This document shows positions 9,212-19,027 of a stretch of DNA of 64,000 nt, piece after piece. The position numbers and the translations under genes were made by a program. The DNA is taken from assembly GCA_964480585.1 (NCBI GenBank), contig CAYZPV010000003.1, positions 156,412 through 220,411 on the forward strand. The letters are read 5' to 3'. Within the stretch, counting starts at the first letter, position 1. Each line of letters opens with the position of its first letter. The stretch is from an uncultured Opitutus sp. GTDB taxonomy: Bacteria > Verrucomicrobiota > Verrucomicrobiia > Opitutales > Opitutaceae. The notes under the pieces are model-generated. The model saw only the letters and a list, made by a program, of their open reading frames with translations. It made no database searches and was not told the DNA's origin.

Positions 9212-10396
9212 TTACTTCAGATTCTCGATGATGCTCACCATCGGCAGGAAGAGCGCGATAACGATCGTGCCGACCATCACGGCCATGAAGACGATCATGA
9301 TCGGCTCGATCACCGAGGTGAGGCCTTCGACGGCGTTGTCGACTTCCTCATCATAGGTATCGGCGATGCGGGTAAGCATGTCGGGCATCGCGCCCGTCTC
9401 CTCGCCGACCTCGATCATGGAGGTGACCATGCCGGGGAAAATCTTCGTGCTCTCAAGGGGCTTGGCGACGTTGTCGCCCTCCTTCACGCGGTCGTGCACC
9501 ACGTCGATCGCATTGGCGACATGGACGTTGCCGCTGGTGTCGCGCGTGATGTTGAGCGACTGCAGGATCGGCACACCCGAGGCGAGGAGCGTGCCAAAGG
9601 TGCGGCTGAAGCGGGCGATCGCGGCCTTCAGGAACAGATCACCAAAAGGCGGCATGTGGATCATCACCCAGTCGATCGCCTTGCGACCAAGCTTGGACTT
9701 GGAGACGATTTTCCAGAACACCACAGCTCCTACAATCACGCCCAGTACGATGAGGAAGTGATTTTTGATGAAATTGCTGACGCTTAGCAGGCCTTGGGTG
9801 AGTGCAGGCAAGGGCTGCCCCTTGAGCATGCTTTGGAAGATATCCTCGAACTTCGGCACCACGAACACCATGAGCACGCCCACGATGATAAAGGCGATGC
9901 AGATGATGATGATCGGGTACACCATCGCCGCTTTCACGCTGCCCTTCACCTTCTCGGCCTTTTCGATAAAGGTCGCGAGGCGCTCGAACACCGTCGCGAG
10001 CACGCCACCGGCCTCGCCTGCCTTCACCATGTTGACGTAAAGGCGATCGAAGATCTGCGGGTGCGCGGAGAGGCCTTCGGAGACGTTGCCACCAGAGCGA
10101 ATCACGTTGGCGATGTCTTCGAGCACAGACTTGAAGCCCTTGTTCTTCTCCTGGCGCATCAGCACCTCCAGGGTACGAAGGATCGGCATGCCCGCCTTGA
10201 GCAGGATGGCCACCTGCCGGGTAAAAACGGCCAGCTGCTTCGACTTGATCTTCGGTTTGAAAAAGCGCCGGCGCACGACGACGGGCGCCTGATTGGCCGT
10301 GAGCGCCGAGGCCGCGCGCTTTTGCGCCGATTCGGCGCCGCCAGGGATGGGTACTGCGCCGAGCGGAGATTTGGCGCTGAGAGTGGGTTTGGCCAT
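9212..10396 (-). CDS. pilC: Type IV pilus / T2SS inner-membrane platform protein (PilC/GspF family)
   Basis: FTRQVAILLKAGMPI, YVNMVKAGEAGG, AAMVYP, TLLASGVPIL and MIEVGEETG; three TM segments. Confidence 0.93.
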   Translation of the reverse strand: MAKPTLSAKSPLGAVPIPGGAESAQKRAASALTANQAPVVVRRRFFKPKIKSKQLAVFTRQVAILLKAGMPILRTLEVLMRQEKNKGFKSVLEDIANVIRSGGNVSEGLSAHPQIFDRLYVNMVKAGEAGGVLATVFERLATFIEKAEKVKGSVKAAMVYPIIIICIAFIIVGVLMVFVVPKFEDIFQSMLKGQPLPALTQGLLSVSNFIKNHFLIVLGVIVGAVVFWKIVSKSKLGRKAIDWVMIHMPPFGDLFLKAAIARFSRTFGTLLASGVPILQSLNITRDTSGNVHVANAIDVVHDRVKEGDNVAKPLESTKIFPGMVTSMIEVGEETGAMPDMLTRIADTYDEEVDNAVEGLTSVIEPIMIVFMAVMVGTIVIALFLPMVSIIENLK

Positions 10397-10401
10397 GGGG
10401 T

Positions 10402-12105
10402 TCAGGTATACTTGATCACTTCCTCGATCGAGGTGTGGCCGTCGAAGATCGCGCGAAGGCCGTCATCGCGCAGCGTGCGCATGCCCTGCTCGATCGCTTT
10501 GCTGCGGATCTGGAGCGTCGGCGCACGCTGGGTCACAAGGTCCCGAATCGCCTCCGTCATGCGCAGCCATTCGTAGATGCCCATCCGGCCCTTATAGCCG
10601 GACTGGCTGCATACGGGGCAACCCTTGCCGTAGAAGAATTGCCGGTTGCCGACGTTTTCCTTGGAGATACTGAGCTGCGCCAGCAGATCAGCCGGCGGGG
10701 TGTAGGCCGTCTTGCACTGCGAGCAGACTCGGCGCACGAGGCGCTGCGCGAGCACGGCCTCGAGCGAGGCGGCGATGAGGAAGGGCTCGACGCCCATATC
10801 CACGAGACGAGTCACGGCGCCGGGGGCGTCGTTGGTGTGCAGCGTGGAGAGCACCAGGTGGCCGGTGAGCGACGCCTGAATGGCGATCTGCGCGGTCTCG
10901 AGGTCGCGGATTTCGCCGACCATGATGACGTCGGGATCCTGACGGAGGAAGGAGCGCAGCGCCTGAGCAAACGTGAGACCGACGTGCGGATTTACCGGCA
11001 CCTGCATGATGCCCTCGATCTCGTACTCCACCGGGTCTTCCGCGGTAAGTAGCTTGAGATCGACGGTGTTGATGACGCGCAGGCCGGAATAAAGCGTGGT
11101 GGTCTTGCCCGAGCCGGTCGGCCCCGTGACGACGAAGATGCCATTGGGCCGGCGCAGGATCTCTTGCATGCCGTCGAAGACGTCCTGCGGCATGCCGAGC
11201 TGCGACATGTCGAGACGCACCGCCGACTGGTCGAGCACGCGGAGCACCACGCTCTCCCCAAACTGGGTCGGCAGCGTGGAGACGCGCAGGTCGACCGCGC
11301 GGCCGCCGATGGTGATCTTGATGCGGCCATCCTGAGGGATACGACGCTCGGCGATATTGAGGCCGGCGAGTACCTTTACGCGCGAGGTGATCGGCAGCGC
11401 AAGCTGCTTGGGCGGAGGCGCCATCTCGTAGAGCGCGCCGTCGATGCGGTAACGGATCTTAAACTCGTGTTCGAAAGGCTCGAAGTGGATGTCGCTCGCC
11501 TTGTCGCGGATAGCCTGGCCGATGACGAGATTGACGAACTTGATTATCGGCGTCTGCTCCGCCATCGACTCGATATCGCGCTCGGAGAGCTCGCGGCCGG
11601 GCGAGGTGGCGCCGGTGTTGATCTTGCCACTGTCGATCTCCTGGAGGACGTCGTCGATGCTGTCCTGGTTTTCGCCGTAGTGCTGCTTGATCTGCACCTC
11701 TACCTTGTCGGGATCGGCAAAGAAAAGTCGCACATTGCGATCGAGCGCAAAAGTCAGGTCGTCGACCGCATGGGTGTTGAACGGGTCGGTGATGACGATG
11801 TCGATATTCTGCGCGTCGGCCTGCAGCGGCATGATCCCATAGTCGCGCGCAAACTGCCCATTGATCGCAGCGATGGCCTCGCCGGGAAACTGGGTGGGCA
11901 TCTCCTTCAGGTAGTCATAGCCGAGATGGTGAGCGATGCGCTGTAGCAGTTCCTCGCGCTCGATCAGCCCCAAGTCGATCGCCACATCGGCAAGCGGCTT
12001 GCCGGTGGCCTTGTGTTCCTCATTCAGCTCATCGAGCTGCGCCGGCTCGACGATGCGTTGCTCCTTGAGGAAGTCGTAAATCGCGGTGCTGTGGCTGGCA
12101 AACAT
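10402..12105 (-). CDS. pilB: Type IV pilus assembly ATPase (PilB/GspE family), copy 2
   Basis: [18 protein letters not shown], Walker [41 protein letters not shown]; Zn motif CSQC...CPVC. Confidence 0.92.
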   Translation of the reverse strand: MFASHSTAIYDFLKEQRIVEPAQLDELNEEHKATGKPLADVAIDLGLIEREELLQRIAHHLGYDYLKEMPTQFPGEAIAAINGQFARDYGIMPLQADAQNIDIVITDPFNTHAVDDLTFALDRNVRLFFADPDKVEVQIKQHYGENQDSIDDVLQEIDSGKINTGATSPGRELSERDIESMAEQTPIIKFVNLVIGQAIRDKASDIHFEPFEHEFKIRYRIDGALYEMAPPPKQLALPITSRVKVLAGLNIAERRIPQDGRIKITIGGRAVDLRVSTLPTQFGESVVLRVLDQSAVRLDMSQLGMPQDVFDGMQEILRRPNGIFVVTGPTGSGKTTTLYSGLRVINTVDLKLLTAEDPVEYEIEGIMQVPVNPHVGLTFAQALRSFLRQDPDVIMVGEIRDLETAQIAIQASLTGHLVLSTLHTNDAPGAVTRLVDMGVEPFLIAASLEAVLAQRLVRRVCSQCKTAYTPPADLLAQLSISKENVGNRQFFYGKGCPVCSQSGYKGRMGIYEWLRMTEAIRDLVTQRAPTLQIRSKAIEQGMRTLRDDGLRAIFDGHTSIEEVIKYT

Positions 12106-12151
12106 GGGGTGCTGGGGCCCGGGGTGAATTTATGATGGGGATGCCGCCTGC

Positions 12152-13234
12152 TCAGAGGTCTCGCAGCTTGATGCCCATCTGCGTGAGCTTTTCGCGCATG
12201 ACGTTTGGGTCCTGAGCCTTCTCGAGCGCCTCGTCGGGGGAGACGAGGTCGCGGTTCACGAGACTCATCAGATGCGTATCCATGGTGATCATACCGAGAT
12301 GCGCGCCGGTCTGGATGTCGGAGGTAATGCGGAAGGTCTTGTTCTCTCGGATGAGCGAGCCGATCGAGGTCGTATTGACCATGATCTCGTAGCCCGCGAT
12401 GCGACCGCCGCCTATCTTCTTGCAGAGCACTTGGGAAATGACGGCCACGAGCGACGACGCGAGCTGCGTGCGGATCATATCCTTCATATTGGCCGGGAAT
12501 GCGTCGACAATACGGTCGACCGTCTTGGCCGCGCTATTGGTGTGCAAAGTACCGAAAACCAGGTGACCCGTCTCGGCAGCGCTGATCGCCGCCTCGATGG
12601 TCTCGAGGTCGCGCATTTCACCGACGAGGATGACATCGGGATCCTGACGCAGCGCGCGACGGATAGCCTCGGAAAAGCTCGGCACATCCACGTGCACCTC
12701 TCGCTGGGTGACGACGCAGCGCTTGTGAGTGTGGTAGTATTCGATGGGGTCTTCGATCGTGATGATGTGGCCGTCGCGAGCTTCGTTGATGTAATTAACC
12801 ATCGAAGCGAGCGTAGTCGACTTGCCGGAGCCGGTCGGCCCCGTCACCAGGATGAGCCCGCGCGGCCGATAGAGGAGCTCGCGAATCTTGTCCGGCAGGC
12901 CGATATCGCGAAGGCCAAACATCTTGTACGGGATCTGGCGGAGGACCATGCCGTAGTTGGTCTTCGACTTGAGCACCGAAACGCGAAACCGCGCCTTCTC
13001 GCCAAACGCGAAACCGAAGTCGGCGCCCCCGTTGAGCTTCACATTGCTCACATGCCCATCAGGCGTGATGGAGAGCATGAGCTTCTCCGTGTCGGCAGGC
13101 GTGAGCGCAGGGCCGTCGATCGGCGTCATGCTGCCGCTGAGACGGATGGTGGGCGGCTGTCCCACTTGCAGGTGAAGATCGGATGCGCCTTGGTCGACCA
13201 TCAGATCGAGCAGGTCGTTCATTTCGTAACTCAT
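12152..13234 (-). CDS. pilT: Type IV pilus retraction ATPase (PilT/PilU family)
   Basis: [56 protein letters not shown] and IGSLIRE; 360 aa. Confidence 0.92.
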   Translation of the reverse strand: MSYEMNDLLDLMVDQGASDLHLQVGQPPTIRLSGSMTPIDGPALTPADTEKLMLSITPDGHVSNVKLNGGADFGFAFGEKARFRVSVLKSKTNYGMVLRQIPYKMFGLRDIGLPDKIRELLYRPRGLILVTGPTGSGKSTTLASMVNYINEARDGHIITIEDPIEYYHTHKRCVVTQREVHVDVPSFSEAIRRALRQDPDVILVGEMRDLETIEAAISAAETGHLVFGTLHTNSAAKTVDRIVDAFPANMKDMIRTQLASSLVAVISQVLCKKIGGGRIAGYEIMVNTTSIGSLIRENKTFRITSDIQTGAHLGMITMDTHLMSLVNRDLVSPDEALEKAQDPNVMREKLTQMGIKLRDL

Positions 13235-13298
13235 GACTCGGAGAGCGAAGTTAGGAGATCGGGGTGAGGCTATCGGTGGGGAGAGGTGGGGAGTGTCC

Positions 13299-15065
13299 TC
13301 AGATCGCGTCGCCGACCGTGATGGAGACCACTTCCTCGATGGTGGTCAGGCCAGCCATCACCTTGCGGGCACCGTCCTCGCGCATGGTGCGCATGCCGAG
13401 CGAGCGGGCCTTCTCGCGGATCTTCATGGTGCCCACATTCTCGTAGATCATCTTCCGCAGCTCATCATTGATCACGAGGATTTCGAAAATGCCCATCCGG
13501 CCGCGGTAGCCGGTCGCATTGCAATTCGAGCACCCATCGCCCTTGGCAAAGGTGGCCGCCGAAGCCTGCGCGGGAGTGATATTGAGGGAGCGCACCTCGT
13601 TGGAGTCGGGGGTGTAGGGGCGTTTGCAGTGTTTGCAGATCTTGCGCGTGAGGCGCTGAGCCATCACCGCCCGTAGTGAGGTCGAGACGAGGAAAGGCTT
13701 TACGCCGATATCGATGAGGCGCGTGACGGCGCCGGGGGCATCGTTGGTGTGGAGCGTGGAAAATACCATGTGCCCCGTCAGCGACGCATTGATCGCGATT
13801 TCGGCGGTCTCCAAGTCGCGGATCTCACCGACCATCACGATATTAGGAGCTTGGCGGAGCATCGCGCGGAGCGCGGACGCAAACGTCATGCCCACATCAT
13901 GTCGCACCGGCACTTGGTTGATGCCGGCGAGTTGGTACTCCACCGGGTCCTCGACCGTGATGATTTTGCGGTCGGGCTTGTTGATGAAGTGCAGGCAGCC
14001 GTAGAGCGTGGTCGTCTTGCCGGAGCCGGTCGGGCCCGTCACCAATAGGATGCCATCGGGCAACGCGATCAGCTTCTCAAACGTCGCGGAGTCATCGCTC
14101 AGGAATCCCAATTCGGGCAGGCCCAGCGAGAGTCCCTCCTTATCGAGGATACGCATCACGATGCTCTCGCCGTGCACCGTGGGCAGCGAGGAGACGCGAA
14201 GATCGAGCTGCTTGCCACCCGAGGCGATCTGGATGCGGCCATCCTGCGGGATGCGCTTTTCCGCGATGCTGATATTCGCCATGATCTTCAGGCGGGAGAT
14301 GATCGACATCTGGAGCCGCTTGGGCGGATTTTCCACTTCGATCAGCACGCCATCGATCCGGTAGCGTACGCGGAAGCGCTTCTCGAGCGGCTCGATATGG
14401 ATGTCAGACGCGCGGCGCTGGATGGCCTCGATGATGATCTGGTGCACCAGCTTGACGACGGGGGCGTCGTCATCCGGGTCAGCTTGCGCTGCAGGGGAGC
14501 CCGGATTCTCCACGGCCGTCGTGGCATCGTCGCCATCGGAGGCGGAGAGATCGTTGAGCAGCTCGTCGATGGAGCTGGCATCTTTGCCGTAGAAGCGGTC
14601 AATGCAGGCCAGGATCTCCTCTGCCGTGCCCATCACCGTCTCGATGGGCATCTTCACCACGTAGCCAAGCGCATCGAGTGCATCCGTATCGAGCGGATCG
14701 CAGATGGCGATGCGCACCCGGTTGCCCTCGCGCGCGATGGGGAGCGCGCGGTGGCGAGCGGCCACGGCGCGCGGTATCAGCTCCAGCACGTCGCTCGCGA
14801 TGCGGGCATTCGTGAGATCGGGCATCATCTGCATCCCAAACTCATTCGCCAGCAGCTCCGCCACGCGCCGGGCGTTGAGGATGCCCTGCTTAATCAGGGC
14901 ATCGAACAAACGCGGTGCCGGCTTGGCGGGATCGGCATGCGCCGCGATGAGCGCGCGCGCCGCATCGACTTGCGCGGGATGAAGCAGCCCGCGATCGATG
15001 GCGAGCTGGATCACGAAGTCGTCTGCGGCAGTGGCGGGGGCGGGAGAATTGGGGCTGGAGGACAT
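13299..15065 (-). CDS. pilB: Type IV pilus assembly ATPase (PilB/GspE family), copy 1
   Basis: [43 protein letters not shown]; Zn motif CKHC...CSNC. Confidence 0.92.
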   Translation of the reverse strand: MSSSPNSPAPATAADDFVIQLAIDRGLLHPAQVDAARALIAAHADPAKPAPRLFDALIKQGILNARRVAELLANEFGMQMMPDLTNARIASDVLELIPRAVAARHRALPIAREGNRVRIAICDPLDTDALDALGYVVKMPIETVMGTAEEILACIDRFYGKDASSIDELLNDLSASDGDDATTAVENPGSPAAQADPDDDAPVVKLVHQIIIEAIQRRASDIHIEPLEKRFRVRYRIDGVLIEVENPPKRLQMSIISRLKIMANISIAEKRIPQDGRIQIASGGKQLDLRVSSLPTVHGESIVMRILDKEGLSLGLPELGFLSDDSATFEKLIALPDGILLVTGPTGSGKTTTLYGCLHFINKPDRKIITVEDPVEYQLAGINQVPVRHDVGMTFASALRAMLRQAPNIVMVGEIRDLETAEIAINASLTGHMVFSTLHTNDAPGAVTRLIDIGVKPFLVSTSLRAVMAQRLTRKICKHCKRPYTPDSNEVRSLNITPAQASAATFAKGDGCSNCNATGYRGRMGIFEILVINDELRKMIYENVGTMKIREKARSLGMRTMREDGARKVMAGLTTIEEVVSITVGDAI

Positions 15066-15080
15066 TGGGGCCTGTCTGGC

Positions 15081-17222
15081 TTATTTCGGCGCCAGGCTCA
15101 GGAGAAACTCGGTGTTGGACTTCGTTTTCTTGAGCCGGGTGATGAGCATCTCCATCGACTCGATCGGGCCGAGGCCCTGCATCGCGCGGCGCAGCGAAAA
15201 GATGCGCTGCAACTCGTCAGGATGGTAGAGCAGCTCTTCCTTGCGGGTGCCGGAGCGATCGATGTTGATCGCCGGGAATATCCGGCGCTCGACGAGCCCG
15301 CGGTCCAGATGGAGCTCGCTGTTGCCCGTGCCCTTGAACTCCTCGAAGATGATCTCGTCCATCCGGCTGCCGGTATCGATCAGCGCGGTGCCTATGATCG
15401 TGAGGCTGCCTCCGCCCTCGATATTGCGGGCCGAGCCGAAGAACCGCTTGGGCTTCTGCAGCGCGTTGGATTCGAGACCGCCAGACATCGTCTTGCCGCC
15501 GGTGGTCAGCGCATTGTAAGCGCGGGCCAGGCGCGTGATCGAGTCGAGGAGGATCACGACGTGCTCGCCCTGCTCGATCCGCCGGCGGGCCATCTCGATG
15601 ACCATTTCGGCGCAGTGCACGTGCGATTCCGGAGTCTCGTCGAAGGTGGAGGAGACCACCTCGCCCTTGGTGTGGCGGCGGAAATCGGTCACCTCCTCGG
15701 GGCGCTCGTCGATCAGCAAAAGGATCAACTTCACCTCCGGGCTGTTGGCGGAGATGGAGTTGGCGATGTTTTGCAGGAGCACGGTTTTGCCCGTGCGGGG
15801 CGGCGCCACGATCAGCCCGCGCTGGCCAAACCCGATGGGCGTGAGGATATCCACCGCGCGCATCGATACATCCTTCACCACGTCGGCATCCTCCAGCAGG
15901 ATGCGCTTGAGGGGATAGTAAGGCACGAGTTCCTCGAAGGGCGTCACCTTGGAGATAGCATCCGGGCTGAGACCCATCACACTCTCGATGCGCACGACGG
16001 ACGGGCAGCGCTCACCCTCCTGCGGCGACTGTATCACAGCCTCGACCCTATGACCGCGCTTGAGGCCATAGCGCTTCACCAGACTTTCGGGCAGGTACGC
16101 ATCTTCTGGATACAGCCGGTAGTTCACGTGCTCGTGCACGAGGAAGTACCCGCGGTCATTCTGGTCGATGTAGCCGAGGTCGCGGACCGTGCGCTTCTGC
16201 GCAGCGGCAAACTTGAAGATCTCGGTAAGGAGTTGGCGCTTGTTGGGCACGCCCTCGAAGGGCACGCCAAGCTCGCGCGCAAAGCTCGTCAGCTCCGCCA
16301 GCGTCTTGGCGTAAACCTGATTGAGCCAGATTGCCTCGCCGGTGCCGGCTGCGAGCTCGGTCGCCAGCGCATCGAGCGCGGCGAGATCGGCAAACCGCGC
16401 CTCGCGCGGGATGTCGCCGGTGGGCGTCACCACGCTCGGCGGGGGCTGCTGCGCGGGAGGCCGCTCGCGGCCGCCGCCATGCTGCCCGCCGTGCTGGCCA
16501 TGCCCGCCATGCTGGCCGCCGCCACCCTGCTCCCAATTACCGCCACGGCCGCGCTTTCGCTTGCCATGCTTCCACGAAAACCGGTCATTGCCGCCGCCGC
16601 CATGCTGGCCGCCGCCCTGCTGATGCTGGGAGTGGCCTCCACCGCCGCCGCCCTTCCACTCACCGCGCCCGCCACGGTCGTCGTGCTGATGGCGCTGGTG
16701 TGGGTGCTGCTGGTCCCCCCGAGTTTGCTGAGGCTGCTCGCCACCCGGCGCTCGGTCGCCACCTTGCTCCTGCGGGGTCTGCGCAGGGCGCTCCTCGCCA
16801 CCTCGGTCACCACGCTCTTCGGCCCGGGCATCGGCTGCGGCCGAGGGAGCCTCGGAAGCCTCCTGGCGGGGCTCAGGTCGCTCGTCGCGTGCCTGCGGCT
16901 CGGGCTGGCGCTCCCGCTCCGGCGGGCGAGTCGGCTCAAAAATACGCTCCGGCTCGCGTTCGCGCGCGGGCGGTGCCTCTTCGCGGACTTCGCGCACCTG
17001 CGGCTCGGGGGCCGGCGGAGGTGGCGGGGTCGGCCGAGACTCGCTCACCCCCGGAAACTCGGTCTGCTCGGCCTTCGCGGCCGCGCTCTTGCTCCTTACC
17101 CGCTTGGCGGGCTTGGCAGGCTTGTCCTCGCTCGCTGCCTTCGCCTTGGGGGTGCGGGGGCTTTTTGCGCGCGGTTTCTTGATAGACGGCGTGTCGTCGT
17201 CGGATTTGGGAGGTAGGGCCAT
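15081..17222 (-). CDS. rho: Transcription termination factor Rho with a long low-complexity N-terminal extension
   Basis: [15 protein letters not shown] (P-loop), [52 protein letters not shown] and SGTRKEELL. The first ~265 aa are low complexity. Confidence 0.95.
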   Translation of the reverse strand: MALPPKSDDDTPSIKKPRAKSPRTPKAKAASEDKPAKPAKRVRSKSAAAKAEQTEFPGVSESRPTPPPPPAPEPQVREVREEAPPAREREPERIFEPTRPPERERQPEPQARDERPEPRQEASEAPSAAADARAEERGDRGGEERPAQTPQEQGGDRAPGGEQPQQTRGDQQHPHQRHQHDDRGGRGEWKGGGGGGHSQHQQGGGQHGGGGNDRFSWKHGKRKRGRGGNWEQGGGGQHGGHGQHGGQHGGGRERPPAQQPPPSVVTPTGDIPREARFADLAALDALATELAAGTGEAIWLNQVYAKTLAELTSFARELGVPFEGVPNKRQLLTEIFKFAAAQKRTVRDLGYIDQNDRGYFLVHEHVNYRLYPEDAYLPESLVKRYGLKRGHRVEAVIQSPQEGERCPSVVRIESVMGLSPDAISKVTPFEELVPYYPLKRILLEDADVVKDVSMRAVDILTPIGFGQRGLIVAPPRTGKTVLLQNIANSISANSPEVKLILLLIDERPEEVTDFRRHTKGEVVSSTFDETPESHVHCAEMVIEMARRRIEQGEHVVILLDSITRLARAYNALTTGGKTMSGGLESNALQKPKRFFGSARNIEGGGSLTIIGTALIDTGSRMDEIIFEEFKGTGNSELHLDRGLVERRIFPAINIDRSGTRKEELLYHPDELQRIFSLRRAMQGLGPIESMEMLITRLKKTKSNTEFLLSLAPK

Positions 17223-17291
17223 GTCGAGGTTATCGGAAAAAAGAAGCGGCGGGCACGCTCTGCGTCTGACGCGGAGTCCCGGAGCGAAGTT

Positions 17292-17885
17292 TCAGGCGGC
17301 CGGGAGGGCTTGGGCCAAGCGGTCGACCTGCGCCTCCAGGAACTCGGGGGTGCCCTCGTTCCATAAGACATAGTCGGATAGCTCGATTTTACGCTCCAGC
17401 GGCAGTTGCTTGGAAATTCGCTGCCCGGCGAGCACGCGCGGAAGGCCGCGTTGCTCCAGTCGGGCGAGTTGCTGGGCGGGAGCACACGCGACGCACACCG
17501 TGAAATCAACCCAATTCGCCAAGCCTTTTTCGAACAAGAGCGGAATCTCCACCGCCCACCGAGCGCCCGGCGCAGCCGCGATCTCCGCCTGCCGGATCGC
17601 TCCCACGCGTGGATGCGTCAGCTCTTCCAGCCATAGCCGGGCCGCATCGTCGTTGAAAATCCGTTCTGCCAAGGCATGGCGCACGATCGATGGTCGCCCG
17701 TCTGCGCCCTTGGTCACCATCGCCTCCCCAAATTTGGCCCGTATCGCCGCGATCACCTCGGGAGCGGTCAATACCCGCTCCTTCACGATCTGGTCGGAGT
17801 CCAGTCGGCGAAAACCGCGCCGCTCCAATGCCCGTCCTACCGTGGATTTGCCGCATCCGATGCCGCCCGTAATTCCCGCAATCAT
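17292..17885 (-). CDS. coaE: Dephospho-CoA kinase
   Basis: MIAGITGGIGCGKST, DSDQIV, LEELTHPRV, VEIPLLFE and RISKQLP. Start set at ATG 17885. Confidence 0.93.
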   Translation of the reverse strand: MIAGITGGIGCGKSTVGRALERRGFRRLDSDQIVKERVLTAPEVIAAIRAKFGEAMVTKGADGRPSIVRHALAERIFNDDAARLWLEELTHPRVGAIRQAEIAAAPGARWAVEIPLLFEKGLANWVDFTVCVACAPAQQLARLEQRGLPRVLAGQRISKQLPLERKIELSDYVLWNEGTPEFLEAQVDRLAQALPAA

Positions 17886-18006
17886 TATATCCGTAGTTAT
17901 CGCTGACCTTTGCTCTTGCTGGACCGTTCCGCAAATCCTTAATTGCCACTTGTTCGCGGCCTTCGCTTCGACTGCGAACGCTCTTCCTCGCCCTCCAGCG
18001 CTGGCT

Positions 18007-18879
18007 ATGTTTCCTCCTGTCGACACCAAGAATGCAAAAGCGGTTTCCGCTTTTGTCTCCGCCAAGTTCGCTGCCATGTATCCAGGCGCCGGTATGCAGT
18101 GGATCCAGCGGATCATGTCCGACGTGGAAGATCTGTTCTCGGGCCGTCACCCCGACTACATGGCCAACGATGTGCGGTACCACGACTTCGAACACACTCT
18201 TCAGGCAACTGTTTGCATTACCTTGCTCCTTGAGGGCCGCCACGCTGCGGGAGTAGAGCCGCGTGTCGATGCCCGCATGTTCGAGTTGGGCGTCGCCTCC
18301 GTGCTTCTTCACGATGCCGGCTACCTCAAGCTCCGCTCCGATACCGGAGGCACGGGGGCGAAGTACACGTTCTGCCATGTTCTTCGGAGCTGCGCCTTTG
18401 CTGCGTCTTATCTCCCCAATCTCGGCGCCACCGACTACGAGATCGAAGCCGTGCTCGGTGCCATCAATTGCACTGGGCCCACCAAGAAGATCGGCCTGCT
18501 TCACTTCCGGCACCCTGTCGAGCGGCTGATCGGATGCGCGCTCGGTACTGCGGATTATCTGGGTCAGATGGCAGCGCTCGACTATCCCGATGAGCTGGAG
18601 ATTCTCTTCAATGAGTTTCGCGAATCCGACAATTTCGTAGGGCTGCCCCCGTCTCGTCGCACCTTTCAATCGGCGGCCGAGTTGGTCGAGCGCACCCCGG
18701 ATTTCTGGCGCAAATTCGTGCTGCCCAAGCTCGAGAGCGACTTTCAGGCGATGTATCGTTTTCTTGCGGCCCCCTACCCCCACGGGCCCAATCCCTATCT
18801 CGATGCCGTCGAGAAGAATATCGCCAAGATCAAGCGGCGCGCCACCCGCTCCAAAACGCGGCCCAAGGGTAAAAAATAA
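18007..18879 (+). CDS. HD-domain metal-dependent phosphohydrolase
   Basis: YHDFEHT...LLHDAGY...CHVLRS...GTADYLGQMA metal-ligand pattern. Start set at ATG 18007 inside the longer track ORF. Confidence 0.75.
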   Translation: MFPPVDTKNAKAVSAFVSAKFAAMYPGAGMQWIQRIMSDVEDLFSGRHPDYMANDVRYHDFEHTLQATVCITLLLEGRHAAGVEPRVDARMFELGVASVLLHDAGYLKLRSDTGGTGAKYTFCHVLRSCAFAASYLPNLGATDYEIEAVLGAINCTGPTKKIGLLHFRHPVERLIGCALGTADYLGQMAALDYPDELEILFNEFRESDNFVGLPPSRRTFQSAAELVERTPDFWRKFVLPKLESDFQAMYRFLAAPYPHGPNPYLDAVEKNIAKIKRRATRSKTRPKGKK

Positions 18880-19027
18880 GTAAGGGCAGCACTTTGCTGC
18901 CGCCCCAAGCCCACGTGGGCCGAGACCCCATGCCACCGAGGGGTGGCCCCGAGTACCATAGGCGGGATGGCACCTTCCTCCAGCCCTGCCGGCCGGGCGC
19001 ACCAGTCCTCCGGGCGCTCTTACTTCT

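Noticed and set aside
16470-16700. CRISPR-like or VNTR repeat (catgctg/gccgcc units)
   Set aside because: In-frame coding repeats of the Rho GQHG region; there is no repeat-spacer regularity and no cas genes.
18885-18901. Terminator after the HD gene (GGCAGCA-CTT-TGCTGCC)
   Set aside because: Short stem with no U-tract; too weak to list as a feature.
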